From: Blastocystis sp. Blastoise
Taxonomy: Eukaryota; Protista; Bigyra: Opalinata
Direction of reading: 5' to 3'
Length of the DNA stretch: 64,000 nucleotides
NCBI GenBank assembly: GCA_039096225.1
Contig: JBBPEB010000005.1
Span: 1,054,001 to 1,118,000 of the forward strand
Each line of letters starts with the position of its first letter. Positions within the stretch are counted from its first letter, which is position 1. The notes beneath the pieces are model-generated. The model made no database searches. It saw only the letters and a list, made by a program, of their open reading frames with translations, and had not been told where the DNA came from. Shown here piece after piece: positions 1 to 18,485 of this stretch. The position numbers and the translations under genes were made by a program.

Positions 1-2728
1 GTAAAATAGGGAGGAAGAGTAGACACTAGTAATAGAGAGAGATAGGTATATATATAAATATGAATATAGGAATATGAATATATAAATATGAATATATGGA
101 AATAAATAAAGAGAAAAATGATAATATAATTCAATAATATAAAAATAATAAAGAAAGATAATATTAAGATATATTTAAAAAAAGACAATAATAAACAACA
201 TAAACATAGCTATATATATATACTACATGAAGAGTCATCAATATTATTCCATGAAGCTATGCCTTGTTGGGTATCTTCTATACATTGTCGAGTAATATAT
301 CCTTTGAATCCATCTGGACAAAGAGTAAATGTTGTTTCACCTATTGGAATACTATTCCATCCTTGTTCCTGTGGGCACATGGCATGAGTTGATGAATAAA
401 ATCCAATAAATGAAATCGAAAGATGCACTGTTTCTGACAAAGGAATATTTGTACCTATATATATATATATATAAAGATAAAAAGAAAAAATTATATAGAA
501 TAATATATAAATAAAAAAAGAAATGATTATACAGATTATTCTTATATATATATATAAACATACTTAGTATAATTAATTTATAATATTGATAATCCTGATG
601 TTGTTTGTCTATCCATAAAGTGAATTCATTCGAATCACTTTCAAAGTATCCTTTTTTCTGTATTGTATATACTAGATCCCAGTCTATATTATTATTACTA
701 CCTTGGAATTGTATATGTTCAGGAACAGCTCTAGTATTTGATGATACTACTGAAGAAAGTTTAATTACTATTTTATTGATATATTCGTGATGATATATAG
801 AGAAAGAGTAGGGGATTTGAAGAGGTAGAGAAGAGGAAGAAGATAATTCTAAGGAGGGTTTAGAAGAGGAGAGGGAGGAGATACTGAAGAGAGACTTATA
901 CTATAGAGGAAGGTATAGTAACGTAATATAATAAATAATAATTATAAATATTAATAATAAGAATAAAATTAAAAATATAATACTAATAATAAAAATAAAA
1001 TAAAATAAAATAATAATAAAAAAAAAAAAATAAAATAATAATAAAAATAAAATAAAAATAATAATAACATTAAAAATATAATACTAATAAAAATAAAATA
1101 AGAATAAATAAAATACAGCTTGATTTGTATATCCTGAATATGATTTTAGAATATTATGTGTGTAAATAGCCTTGATACTGAGGTCTGTGAATATATGTAC
1201 AGGGTATGTACTATCATATAATGTATGCCCATATTGAGTATAATTCTGAGGAGCATAAGGAGTAGTAGGAATAATAACTTGATCTATATAGGTTATAGGA
1301 CCAAACACATTAGTAATATTAATAGCACGATGGATCTCGAAGGAAAGAACATTATGAGAGGTAGAGAGAGAACCAGGAAGAATACTTCCTCTATAGGGGA
1401 GACAAGATAATAATAATAACAATAGTAATAAATATAATAATAATAATAAATATAATAATAATATAATAATATAATAATAATAAATATAATAATAATAATT
1501 TATATATATGATAATTACAAAAAGAAAACTTAAAAACTATGTTATATAATATATACACTGCATAACAAGTATCGTTATTAAATCCTATAGAATGCGTATT
1601 ATAATCTACAACAGTCGAATTACTAATGAATTCTCTTCTTATTTCTTGACCATTTAAATATAAAACATATCCGAATTGATTATAGAATTCATATACGATT
1701 TCTAATATATCATTGGATAGCACGAGGTCAAAAGGATAACGTAAATAAATAGTATTCCCAACAAAATCTTGTGGAGTACTGAATGGAACAGTATTCCAAA
1801 GAGAATCATCATATTGAATATCTCTCCAATTTCCTTCTGGAATAGTATTTTCATTAAATAATTGAATAGGTTGATATTTACGAATAATTATTTGATTCTG
1901 AATTTTGACTTCATATTCTTTAATTCCCACGGGGATCTCGACTGTAGCAATCATTGATGTTTCTGTAGTTATATATAGAGTTGTGATTGTTTTTGTTAGT
2001 TGTGTATTTTGATAATAAATAGAAATAGTCAGAGGGTCAACACAGAATGGAGACGTGATATCCTGAGTAAAAGAAGAGGAGGAGAAGGAGTAGGTGTGTA
2101 TAGAATCAGAGAGAGTAATAGTTTCTGTAGGTAGGATATGAGGAATATAAAGAGAAGCATATACATGAGAAGAATTACTGCATTGAAAGGGATCTATGTA
2201 TATTATAAGTAGATAAATGATATATAAATATATATTTTTTAAACAAAAAAATAAATAAATAAAAAATAATAATAATAATAACAAATGTATACCATAAACA
2301 TGAATAGCCATTGTTAAAGGAATGAGGACTGTTTTATTACCATAGAAACGTCTATATACATATTCTCCAACAGAATCAAAAGATCCTGAGAATGTTTCAC
2401 AGAGAAATACACATGACATTTGAGAAGGAAGACGAGGATAATCTATATAATGGAATATTCCAGAATAAAGAGGATTTGTAGGTAATTTGAATGGTGAGAG
2501 GAGCATATATGTAGAAACAGGTTCAATAAAGGGAAGAGGAGGAATATCGTTTGAAGGATAATAACCATCTAAAAAGAGAGAAGATTCATAATAATCATCA
2601 ATATATAGAGAAAACGAATGATATATAGATATATATAGAGTAATCGACAGAAGAATAAATGGTATGATAATAGTAGAAACATTATTATTAAAAAAAGAAT
2701 TGAAAAAAAAAATGAATAGAAACTATCA

Positions 2729-2760
<32 letters not shown>

Positions 2761-4457
2761 GATTTTAATATAGATTGTAGTATAAACTTGATATTGATCT
2801 ACAAAGCAGCTAATAATATAAGGAGTAAAAGGTTGCTCTTCCATTGGGGATCCTCGAATCATGGACCCAGACAGAGTAATACCTTCAGGAAGAGAAGGAG
2901 TAGAAGTACAATTCGTATATTCTAAAGTGTCATCTACTGGTGTATTTGAAGGAATCACATTGTACATTTGGTACTGAGCACTTGTATATGTATAACGGAA
3001 AGGATTCGCATCATATTCTATAGTTAAACAGGGTTCAGTAATATTACTTGTAGTATAATAAGGTATTGACTCTATATTCTTCTGGTTATTCTCTATATTT
3101 CTATAATCTTCTTCAATATCTACATAACCACCTGAATACATAATTAAATAAGGAACAGTTGATTCTAAATATATCGGTTCTGAAACTAATTTCTTCTGTT
3201 TATATAATATATCTTTACTACGTACGTAGGCAATCACTAATTTATTATTAATATATAAAGAAGCACTATAGGAAGTGATAAGAGTAAATGTATAGAGCGA
3301 AGGAGAAGATAGATGAAAATAACCCTCAAAGGAATAGGTGACATTTGATGTAGGAGTACTATATATATATAGGAATATATATTAAGAATGATATAGATAG
3401 TAGTAGTTATATAGGATTATATGGATATATAGATATTATATAAGAATAATAAAAATTATTAAATATTAATAAATATTAATAAAAATTAATAAATATTAAT
3501 AAATATTAATAAATATTAATAAATATTAATATTAATACTAATAATAATAATAATAATAATAATATATACATATCAAGATTGTTTAGAATATCTTTATAAT
3601 CATAAAAATAAATGCCGTTATTATCATTAATGACACAGGGTTGTGAGTGAATGGCATCTGCTTTATGATATAATAGCCATGTATGTAATAATATATTATG
3701 ATTTGTTACTAAACTATTATATGTATACACACGAACTGATGAATATTCTAATTTATCACTACCTATATATATATATATATATATAGAGTTTAAAGAATAA
3801 TTTGTAATATATATATTAATAATATATATACTAATAATAATATATATATACCTTCATTGCAGAGATTAAAAGAACATGTAGTTGAGTCATGAGTAATCGT
3901 GAATATTTCACATTGATGACTAAGTAAATGAGTATTCCCAAGAAAATATCCATAATCGCTATTAAATAGTAATTGAGAGGGTAGAGAGGGTGATATTGTA
4001 AAATGAACTGCATCTTCAGGGAAAATACAATAGAAACGATTAATTGGAATATCATTATAGAGAATCAACTGATCTTCTTTAGGGAGAACACTTCCTTCTT
4101 TTATTTGATCTATATATTATGTATTTAAAAAAAAATGAGAATTATAATGTGAATACTTGTGATAAGAATAGAAAACGAATTCTTAGCATCGGAGACAGTA
4201 ATTGTTCTGTGAAATGGATGATCATAAGATGTTCCATAAAGAGTATTATTATGAAATGACAAAAACGATGGTAAAGAAGTATCGATATTCAATAATTCAT
4301 CACTTGAGCAATGCACTGACCATTCATAAGGATATTCTGATAAGTGAATCACGGATTTATCACAAGTTAAGAGTCCATTGACGAGAGTAACTAATCAATT
4401 AACGAAACAAATTAGATATATACATAGCAAAGTTATTGAAAAGTAGAGTGTAATCAT
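1..4457 (-). CDS. Large secreted/surface protein with Ig-like (He_PIG-type) modules and a Cys-rich HRM-like module; multi-exon, runs off left edge
   Basis: ATG at 4457 gives signal peptide MITLYFSITLLFTLVNG after a ~32-nt GT-AG intron. All GT-AG junctions checked stay in phase. Motifs PSLPEGITLSGSMIRGSP, ISPSLPSQLLFNSDYGYFLG and CPQEQGW..IGE..LCPDGFKGYITRQC..W..C. Confidence 0.75.
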
Positions 4458-4686
4458 TTATTTGATGGATAGTAAACTATATGGTAACAAAAGTGACTCC
4501 AAAAGATTTAAAAAATACACATTTTTTAAGGTGTAAAAAACGTCTTCACGATAAATTTCGTTTTTGGAGCAACCTTAGTGTTTTTATCATAAATACAATA
4601 TCATCTGTTTTTGGACTTAGTTGTTGTTTATTACACCTTTGTTTTTCAATTAAAAATGTATTTTACTTCTATTAAGTGATAATAAT

Positions 4687-5002
4687 ATGATCTATAATGT
4701 ATAGAATACATAACTGCTTGGTAAATGATTGATGTATATTTTTTATATATTCTATTCTGATTTATTTTAACTAGATTGGCTTATTCTGGTTCTATGTAGT
4801 GTCTACATCATGGGTTGGACTTGCTTATTTGGTATATAAAATGACTTTTTCTAAACCTGAATTTGTGGATTCAATTAGTGAAAAGACTGTTACTGGTGAA
4901 ATGAGAATGAAAGGTGGTCATGGAGACTTACTCTTTTTACCTGCTGAGATTCGTGCAAAACGAAAGGCCGAATCAGCAAGTAAAGTATATGTTCCTATGT
5001 AA
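4687..5002 (+). CDS. Small (~80 aa) single-pass membrane protein, unknown function
   Basis: ATG ATC TAT AAT|GT...CTAG|ATT GGC joins in phase: MIYNIGLFWFYVVSTSWVGLAYLVYKMTFSKPEF...VYVPM*. Codon-like composition. Confidence 0.65.
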
Positions 5003-5445
5003 TTTTAGTTTTATATATATCTATGATGTAATATTTAAAGTAAAAAAAAAAAAAACTAATTTTGTTGTTCCATATATAATTTATTTTTTGTATGTTAGAA
5101 AAATTGTAGAGTACATTGTTGATACAATAAACAAAACTATACATTAAAAAGCAATGATTTAAAATGAAATGAACTAGAAAAAAAATATGACAATAACAGA
5201 GAATGCAAGTGATACTGAAACTCGAACACAAAAGAAAAGAATGAGTTTAAATGAAGATAGAATAATAATAGTTGACTAAATGTTTATGAAGAATAGGCCA
5301 TAAACAGTGGCAAAAGACACAGACACAGTGACAAAAAGAAATATAGAAAAAAGAATAATGCAAAAGAAGTCTATCTAAAGAGATGCGTATATATATGAAC
5401 ATATATATGTAGAGACACATAAACAAAGAGAACACACAAAAAGAA

Positions 5446-6040
5446 TTAAAAAGCAACAGAATAATCATTTAAATGAATCTGTTTGTTAGCAGCAATAATT
5501 GTATTGATATCCTCTATATAACAATATAATATAAATATTAATTTGTAAAAAAAAATGACTTTTTATATTGTAATAATAGAGATAAATACATTATTTAATA
5601 TATATATATACTTCCACAGAATTGTTTCATAAACATTTCTTGTTTTTGAGATCGTCGAAGTAATTCATCAAACGGAATAATATCATATTTGCTTTTAGTT
5701 GGTTTAACATTCGAAGTAGTAGAAGGATTTATATTAGCTACATAGTTTGTTTGATTATCATTATAGATTAAGGTATTATTTAAAGAATTATGGTTATTAA
5801 TAATTGTAGGATTATAGTTGAGAGTAGTATTTGATATGTTATTAATACTCTGAGAAGAAGCCATATTTGAATTAGGAGAAAGAAAAGGAATAGATGTATT
5901 CGTAGAGAAAATATGAGGTGTATCCGTAGTGGCATATAAATTAGTTATCTGGATATTATTTGCTATAGTAATTTTTTGAGATTGATCTATAAATATATAT
6001 TGAATAAAATATTTTTGTTGTGAATTAAATAAATAAATGA

Positions 6041-6118
<78 letters not shown>

Positions 6119-7040
6119 TAATAATAATAATAATATATATATATATACTATCGCTAGTAGTCGTGACAGGAGAAGAAAGAGATTTTGTTTCATCTGTATA
6201 AACTTGATTTGTATCAAATACATTCTCTTTAATCTTTTTAACACAATTATTCACGGATACTGATTCATTATAATTATTAATAGTACATTGTCCTTGAACT
6301 ATTTTCTCTCTGTCTGCCTTACTATAATCAAAATTAGTTACAGCTCTTGATGCATGATATCGAATAGCAGCTTCATCATAGGCACGTGCAGCCTCTATTT
6401 CATAAGGATATGAACCTAAGTACTATATATATAATAATATTAAAAATATTATTATATATAGAATAATAATTAAAATAATACTTTCTTTTTACCTTGGTAT
6501 TGGATTTGAGAGTTCCATTTATCATTACGCTTATATCTATATATTAACATAAATTTATATACATAATAAAAATAAATAAAAATAAATAAAATAAAAATAA
6601 AAAATAAATCCATACACACCACGATATTGAGAAGTAAAAGTACCACCTTTAGCTTTCTTATGTTTTGTTTCAGTTGTCTTTTTAGGTGCAGATCTACGTT
6701 TAGGTCGAACTTTATTAATGAACTCAGAACATGCTTCATAATCATTATTATTGAATAGACTATTATCTGATCCAGTATCTACAGTATCAAAAGAAGAACG
6801 AGTTATGTGTTGTTGAGATTCAGTGCAATCAACATTCTGAATTGGACTATCACTCATTAAATTATTATCAATAGGTATAGACCAATCATTATTAATGGTG
6901 AGAGGGTCAAAAACATCGTTATCTTGATCAATACTCAGAAATGCATTTGTATGCATTTGATCATAATTAGAAGAATTCATAATGCTCGCATTATTGTTTG
7001 TTAATTCATTTTGTTCAAAGTTCATTGAATGTATATTCAT
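5446..7040 (-). CDS. AP2/ERF-domain transcription factor
   Basis: Spliced SQYRGVYKRNDKWNSQIQYQGKKKYLGSYPYEIEAARAYDEAAIRYHASRAVTNF is a canonical AP2 domain. Four in-phase GT-AG introns; stop at 5446-5448. Confidence 0.9.
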
Positions 7041-8643
7041 CCTAGGAGCTGTTTTAAAGAAGAATATAAAAAATGTATGCGAAGGACTTCACTTTCAATA
7101 TAAGAAAAAATATACTGTAAGAGGCGAAGAAAAAACATCTGTCTTCGCCAATTTCAATTTAGTACACATGATTGATTGGTTTTTATATTTGGGATCAACG
7201 TTTTCTATTCGTTTATGAATCTAGACCTTCGGCGAAGTTTTTCCTTTTTCTTGTTTCCCTATGGTTATAACTCTTTCTATAGAGAAAAATATAGAAATAT
7301 TCTCGTTTTAGGTATTCCTGAAAACAAATTCTTTTAATTGGTAGAACCAGAATAGAGTTGTTTTGACAAACTATTGAACTGAAGTGGTTTTTATTTAATT
7401 TTTTTTGGCACTTTTTATTTTCCACTTTAAGAATCCTAAATAAACTATATGCTTTTGTAAAGTCTCTTTTTATGCTGATATAAATATAATTGAATAACTT
7501 CAATACATAATCTATGACTTTATATGAGATTCTAAAGTGTCTTCATTATATTTTGTCGCATGACAAATAATTTTTGAATTATGACATATTTTTAATTTAA
7601 TTATTTAAGTTGTAAATGCAATGATAACATCGATAGATTATCCTATACTAATGAATATATACAAATATGAATTTGAATATGACACATATCGATGCCTTTT
7701 AAATTCGTTATTCTTTGCTGTATGACAGTAACTGAGGATACGTGAAAAACATATTTATATGTAAATTTGAGTCATCAATTAATTGGAAGAAAGAAACATA
7801 AAGTGTTTCATGGTAAATATATAGCATAAGAAGTATCAAGAAGATATCTGTTGTTACTTCATTCTATTCGTATAAAGTTATGAAGACTTGAATCAATTTT
7901 GAATTTATAAATCACCTTTTTATAATATATAAACTAGTATATTATAAATATACACAGTATACTTATTTCAATCTGATAAAGATAAATATGAATCTATATC
8001 ACCATTTCGATTTTCTCTAAACTATTGCATTTATAAAAGATTCATAGTTTCTCCTTGGAATATAAATACATCTTTCTAGATAAACTATTGATATTTCTAT
8101 AAAGTTATTCGGCTAATTTGATTGATCACAAAATTAACGATTGTTTTCACAAAAATTAATTATGTACATACATGTCGATAACATTTTTAGATATCATAAT
8201 CGAAATTTAAAGTGAGAATAGTTCTAAAAAGGCCCATCAATCAATATGAAAATAACATTGTTTTCATTCACAATAACACAAATGAAAATGAAAAATGCAA
8301 ATAGTTTCTATTTTTGAAGTATGGGAAGATCCTCGGATTCCCTTGAACAAACAATAAATTATGAGTGAAATCTGCATTTTTCCAGAAAACACCCTATAAG
8401 AGACGGAGACGCATCGTTGATCTATAAGTGGTTCACAAGCCATAAATTTATATGAACAAAAAAAAAATATTGAGATTCAAAATTTATATACGAAAAAATA
8501 ATGGAGGAACCGTTCCCGTAAAATGAGAATAACCGTGGGAAAAACATAGAAATGATCAAAAATAAAAAAAGATTTAGCTGTTTTTGCATTGCTTTAGAGG
8601 ATTTAACTGAATTAATATATATATTTCCTCAATTTAATTAAAT

Positions 8644-9989
8644 ATGTCAAAAGTTGCTGATAATGCTGCTCTTGAGGAAGAAACCGTTATTGAATTACAA
8701 GGTAATGGAGTTCCTCGTGAGGCAAAAGGATTGATTCCAGGATGTACTTTTTTTGGAACACTCCCTGACTGTTATTCTTTCAAAGTAATGATTTTTTATA
8801 TTCATTTTTTGATTAAAAAAATAATGATTTATAATGTTAAACTATTCCTATTTATCATTAGGATGCACCAAAATGGGAAAGTATTGATATTCACCCTTCA
8901 AAATATTTAATTGCTGGTTCAACTGATCAAGGAGAAATTGCTGTTTTTGATTATATGACAAAAAGTCTTATTTTTAAGATGTCTCCTCAAGTATACTATA
9001 TAATGCATGTTATATGTTTTTTTTTTGAATTTTTATTATATATAGAGTTATTTTTTATTCTATATTGTTGTTTTTATTCTTATTTTTATTCTATATATAG
9101 AGTTATATTAATTCTTATTTTTATTATATAGAGTTATTTAGCACAAACACAATATGTAAATAAAGTAGTAACTACAAGTATGGACCGTTTATGTCCTCCT
9201 CTTATTACGTATATATATATATAGATATTATTATTAATATATATATTTTATATGCTTATTATTATATAATATTTATATATATATAAGGAGTATAGAATTA
9301 TATAAATATATTATTATATAGATATATTCTTTATTTTATATACACATGAAATTATTATTATTATACTTATTATACTTATTATTATTTTATTATATATCTA
9401 TATTCTATTTAATTCTGTTATGTATAGTCCCCCCAAATCCCTCAGTGATTCCCTTGGGAATGTCCTAAATGTACGTTTCTGGGATGAAGATACCCTTCTA
9501 TGGAGAACCAGTTGTGGCCGTAAAACCGTCCCTGGTAACTGGATTATTGCACTTTGTGATAATGGATTATTTATGATTGATTATATTACTAGAAATGTTC
9601 AAGAAGTCACGGTCTCTGTGTATATATACTATTATTTATATTTATATTATTTATATTCATATATTCATATACTTTTATTTATGTATCTATTCTTTAGGTA
9701 TTTATATACTATTATTCATGTATGTATTTATATATATAGTCATTTAAATGGAAATAAACCGTTATGTGTTGAACCCATCAGTGATCAGATTCTCGCTATC
9801 GGTAGTTCCGCGGGAATCTTGCTTTATAATGCAGTAGCCAATAAAGTCATGAATGTTATTCCTCATAAGAATGTTACTACAATTCTATCTCTTCCTCCTC
9901 CTCCACAAAATGCTATTGTATATATATATAGTTACTATTCTATTTATATTTATTATATATTAATATTATTTTCTCTTTCTTTTATATTC

Positions 9990-10058
<69 letters not shown>

Positions 10059-11085
10059 GTTGTTATACTATAATAATAATAATACTATATGTCTATCTAT
10101 ATATAATATCTTCTTTTATTCCTCCCCTTCCTAGCCTCGTCCCCCCTACCGAGACCGTCTTCGATTCCTCTCCTTTGATGATAATGGCTACGGTTGTTAC
10201 TGGTGTATCGACGATCTTCCTCAATTCGGTATTGAAAGTGAATATAAACCAACCTATTTTATTGGAAACAATGAAATGCATAATGGTATATATATATATT
10301 ATATTGTTATATATACTATTATTAATTTGATTTTATAATTATATATACTATTATCAATTTGATTTTTATAATTCAATAAAATTAGATATTAAAAATATTT
10401 TTTTTTAGACAAATATATATTTATTCAATAGTTTTTTTTTAATAATCTTATGATTTCATTCTTTGACTATTATATATATATATATAGGTCGTATATTAAG
10501 TGTTGATTATGATATGGATAGCGGTATGTTATATTCCCTTGGAAATGATGGGACTGTCTCTTCTTGGAATCTCTATCCTAAATCGTATATTCCCGCGGAA
10601 AAGAAAGATCGTTCCTTAACTGCCTTTGGAATCAATGAATGTATTCCCGTGGTTAATTCATATACCTATCAAGATACATTTAAAATGACTTCTATTACTT
10701 GTCCTCTTATTGGAGTGTTACCAGAGATCTATATACCTTGTATTGATGGAGTATATTTATTATATTTATTATATTTATTATATTTATTATATTTATTTTA
10801 TTTATTTTATTTATTTATTTTATTTTATTTTATAGTATTCTATTTATAATATTAATTATATTTTTAAATATATTATTTTTTTTAATTCTTATTCTTTAAT
10901 ATATTTATTAATATTTCAATATATATATAGTCTGGTAAAATTCGTTTAATCAATACAAAGGATAAGACTGAAGAAACAAAACAAAATAAAGTTAATGTTT
11001 TATGTGATACACGTGCTTCTAAACCGAATCTTCCAATCAAATCAAAAGTTACAATGTTAAAACGACAAGATACAAATAACTCTGT

Positions 11086-11137
<52 letters not shown>

Positions 11138-11724
11138 ATCATTATTATTTCCTATCCATTATTATTCATATAATATATATATAGATTGCTTGTAGTACAA
11201 GTTGTGGTATAATAGTATTTACTCTTTCTTTCCCTACGTCTCCTTCCCTCCTTCTTTTCCCGCCATCTTATAGTAAACAGGATAATTCTAGTCCTATTAC
11301 TATTATTACTGCAGAAAAACAAAATATTGGTATCTATATATATATTTTGATTCATTATATATGTTATAATATTATATATTAATATTTAATAATATTGATT
11401 ATTCTTATATATTAATATTTATTATATCTATTAATCTATACTATATATTTATATCTTTCTTTCTCTCTCTAGTGACTCGATCTGTATCAATAAAAGAAGA
11501 ATCAGTTGAAGACGGTCACCGCTCGTATCCCATCGCCTCTTTGGCCGCCGCCAAGAATCTGAATATTGCTGAAAAAAGTGCTTTAGAAAAACCTCAATTC
11601 TATTTATCCTTTGATGAGAAGAGAGTATGTATATATTATTCAAAAACAAAAGCTTATAAGATATGTAATATTACTATGAATAATGGTATTCCTGAATTAA
11701 CTATGATCCATAATGGTATATATA

Positions 11725-11799
<75 letters not shown>

Positions 11800-14025
11800 G
11801 GTAAATGTTTATCTTTTGCTTGGTCTATTCAGAGTTCTCAATTCGCTATATTAACACCACCCGCTAAGGGAACCCCTACTCATGTGGAATTCTTCGTATA
11901 TATATATATATTATTATTATTATTGTTTCTTAAACTATTACTCTTATCATCATCATTTATAATAATAATAATAATATATAGAATGAAGGTCAGGATGGAA
12001 AATTTGTTTCCAAGTCTATATATATAAATACAGAGAGTGAGCCCTTTGCTTTATATTCTGGTCCTCTTCTTACTATCTGTGTAAGACCTACAAATACAGA
12101 AAAGAAGATTCATCGTTTACAAACATCTCATTCTATCTTTTATTCATGGGAATTACATGAACCTAAAATTGAAGGTACAGAAGTAACTCCTTCTTCTCCT
12201 ACTCCTATTGGATCTCCTACTCTTCCTACACCAGGTACGGCTATCCCCGGAGTTACACCGACAACTCCCGCGGGACCCGTTGTTGGTGGCGGTACTCCTA
12301 TACCAGGAATGGAAGGAGCTGCTGCACCTGCTAAAGTTAAAAATACATTACCCTATATAAAGGCAGTTGGAAACCGTTTACCTAGTCCGTTAAATGTCAT
12401 TTGGTCTGCAGATCTTAAATATATGGCTATGATTTATAAAGATAAAACTGCTTTGTATATTATTATTATTATATATTAGTATATGTAATATATTATTATT
12501 ATTATATATTATTATATGTAATATATTATATTATTATTATATATAGATTTATGAGTGAACCGAATATTCATTTATTATCTACTCTTCCTTTCTCTGCTAT
12601 ATCTATTTATTGGTATTTCAACACTGTTTTCCTTACTACTGCTAATTCTATATATATTGGATTTATATCAAAAGATAATAGTATTTCTTCTTTCGTACTT
12701 TCTACCCGATCTGTGTCTCAAATCAACCAATTAAATCTCTCTGAATTGTACACTCCCCCCAATATGAGCCAATCAACTTGTCCTCTTCGTCCCCCTATCC
12801 AATTAATGCCATCTTCTCCTTTATATATATTAGGTATAGAAAAAGGTCATTTATTAGTTACTACTCCTTCTAAAGAAGTTTGTTTATTCCCTTTGGATCA
12901 CCCTTCGTTACGTATATATATGCTACTTGGATGCAATAATATTAATATGTGCATGAAATGGGCTGAAAAACTTGATGAAAAACAACACGATAGCTTAGCT
13001 GTCTTATTACAGGTATAGATATTTATTGTTTTTTAATTATTTATTTTTTTTTTTATTATTTTAATTTTTTATTGTTTATTATTTATTGTTTATTAATATT
13101 GTTTATAGTATTGTTTATTAATATTGTTATTTCAGTAGATAAATGAATATATATATATATATAGCAATATGGTTATTTAGATGAGTGTTTGAAGTTAAAG
13201 GGTTTATCTCCCTCCCTTCGTCTTACTTTACAGTTGAATAAGGAGGACATACATAGTATTATTGGGTATATTAAGAAGAAGGACTTGAAGGCTTTTGATG
13301 ATAGTGATGCTATTCAAATTGATACCAAATTAACACCTGTTGAACCGTTAAGTGGATTACGTCGTGCGGGCGTTTTATTGGCTAAAAAGGATAAGAAGAA
13401 CGAATTAAAAGCACTTATCCAAATGTGTCTTGAAGATGGTATATATATATTATGTTTATATTATATTTATAGTTAATAAATACTATATAAATAATATTAA
13501 CCATATTTAATAATATATATAATTAATAATAATAATAATATATATATATATATAGATCGTTTAGATGATGCTATATTCTTAGCTTCCTTCTTATATTCAA
13601 CTGAACCCTCTCTTCTGACTGATCTACTTAAACAAGCTGAAAGATTCAATGGTATATATATAATCATAATCATAATAATAATCATCATAATAATCATAAT
13701 AATAATAATAATTATAATTATATATATAGAGGCTTCTTTGGCTTGTCAAGTAAATATGAAATTAAAGAAGGAATTAGCTACAACAGAACAATTATGGAAT
13801 ACTCAATTAGATGATTTAGGTAAGAAATATAGTTATTTAAGTGGCATTCAGATAGAGAGTAGTGTTAAGGAAGATAAGACAGAGAAGAAGAAGAAGAGAC
13901 AAACCGGTCGTGGTGCTGCAGGAGAAAGTAAGAAATCCGCTGAGTCAGGTACTGGTACTGAAGAGAAAAAGGAGGGAAAAGAAGGAGGAAGAGCTGGAAG
14001 AAGAAGAAGAGAACGTAAACGATAA
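8644..14025 (+). CDS. TSET/TPLATE complex WD40-solenoid subunit (TTRAY/TWD40-2-like)
   Basis: N-terminal DIHPSKYLIAGSTDQGEIAVFDY and GNVLNVRFWDEDTLLW; C-terminal LDHPSLR...MKWAEKLDEKQHDSLA..QYGYLDECLKLKGLS. These resemble my recollection of plant TWD40-2 motifs. All junctions are in-phase GT-AG. Confidence 0.75.
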
Positions 14026-14837
14026 ACTATTTATATATTTAAATATTATTTATATATAATTATATAGTTTGTTTTATTAAGGATATTATATAGTATTTAT
14101 AAATTATAACATTTCTTTCTTTTTTATTTGTATAAATCATTTTTATGTGATTCTTTTTCATTGTTAACAACAAATCTATATATATATATATATAGATTTC
14201 TATCACTTTTTTCTTTTACATTTTGCTTATTCTGTTCTATTCTGGAATACATATATATACATATACATGTGTTTATATATATATATATACATTATAAATA
14301 CTTTGCAGTTTATATTGTTATATATATTAATGATTAGTTTGTTATTTTCATTCATTCAATTTTATTATATATATGTTTGTTTTACTTATTATATATTTAA
14401 AAAAAGAGTATATATATGTGTTTATAATGTTATATATTTATATATATATGTATATATATATTTTACTAGTCATTTTTTTTTCTTTTATTGTATTCTATTG
14501 TATTTTATAATTAAACAATAAACTCATTATTGGCATTATCATTTGTTTTATAAATATATTGTCTTTATAATAATTACTTGTTTTGAATGGTTCTTATTAT
14601 ATATATATGAGTAGTTTATATACTATTGTATATTCTTTGAGTTATATTTAAATGTGATATATATATAGTGAAGACTATAATTTCTATTACATATTGGAAA
14701 AAGAATATTCAGAATCATTTTGTATTTTCTTTTTAAAAATGTATTAAAATTAGTGTGTAATGATAATAAAGAATTATAATTTTAAAAAGCTACTATTTAT
14801 AAACAAAAATATAATGAGTTTATATATATATATGTAT

Positions 14838-18113
<3,276 letters not shown>

Positions 18114-18485
18114 GTCTTCAGTGAAATCAATACATACAAAATATATATGATTTGGTCAATAAATGAAATAGTTATTTTAAAACAATATTTATGAAATTTT
18201 TTTTATTTAGGAACCCAGTTATACGAGTGTTGAGGACTTTTTGTCGGCATTCAAAAATGTGTGTTTTACATATTTACGGGAATAATATTGCATATTTTAT
18301 TTTTTCTGATTGAGGCATGCTAACACAGAATATATACTAGGAATTAAGGAATAGACATGAGAATTGCAGAAATTTTAGAATCACGGTTATTTATAAATAT
18401 AAAGGGATATTTTAAATAAAATATCTTGAAACATGGGAAAAAATATTTTTTGATTTATTTGTTTTAGAAAAGAGTGATATCAACT

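Noticed and set aside
7050-8640. Hidden gene in the 1.6-kb divergent intergenic region (ORFs 6982-7218, 7213-7503)
   Set aside because: No recognisable motifs or consistent exon structure; composition is promoter-like.
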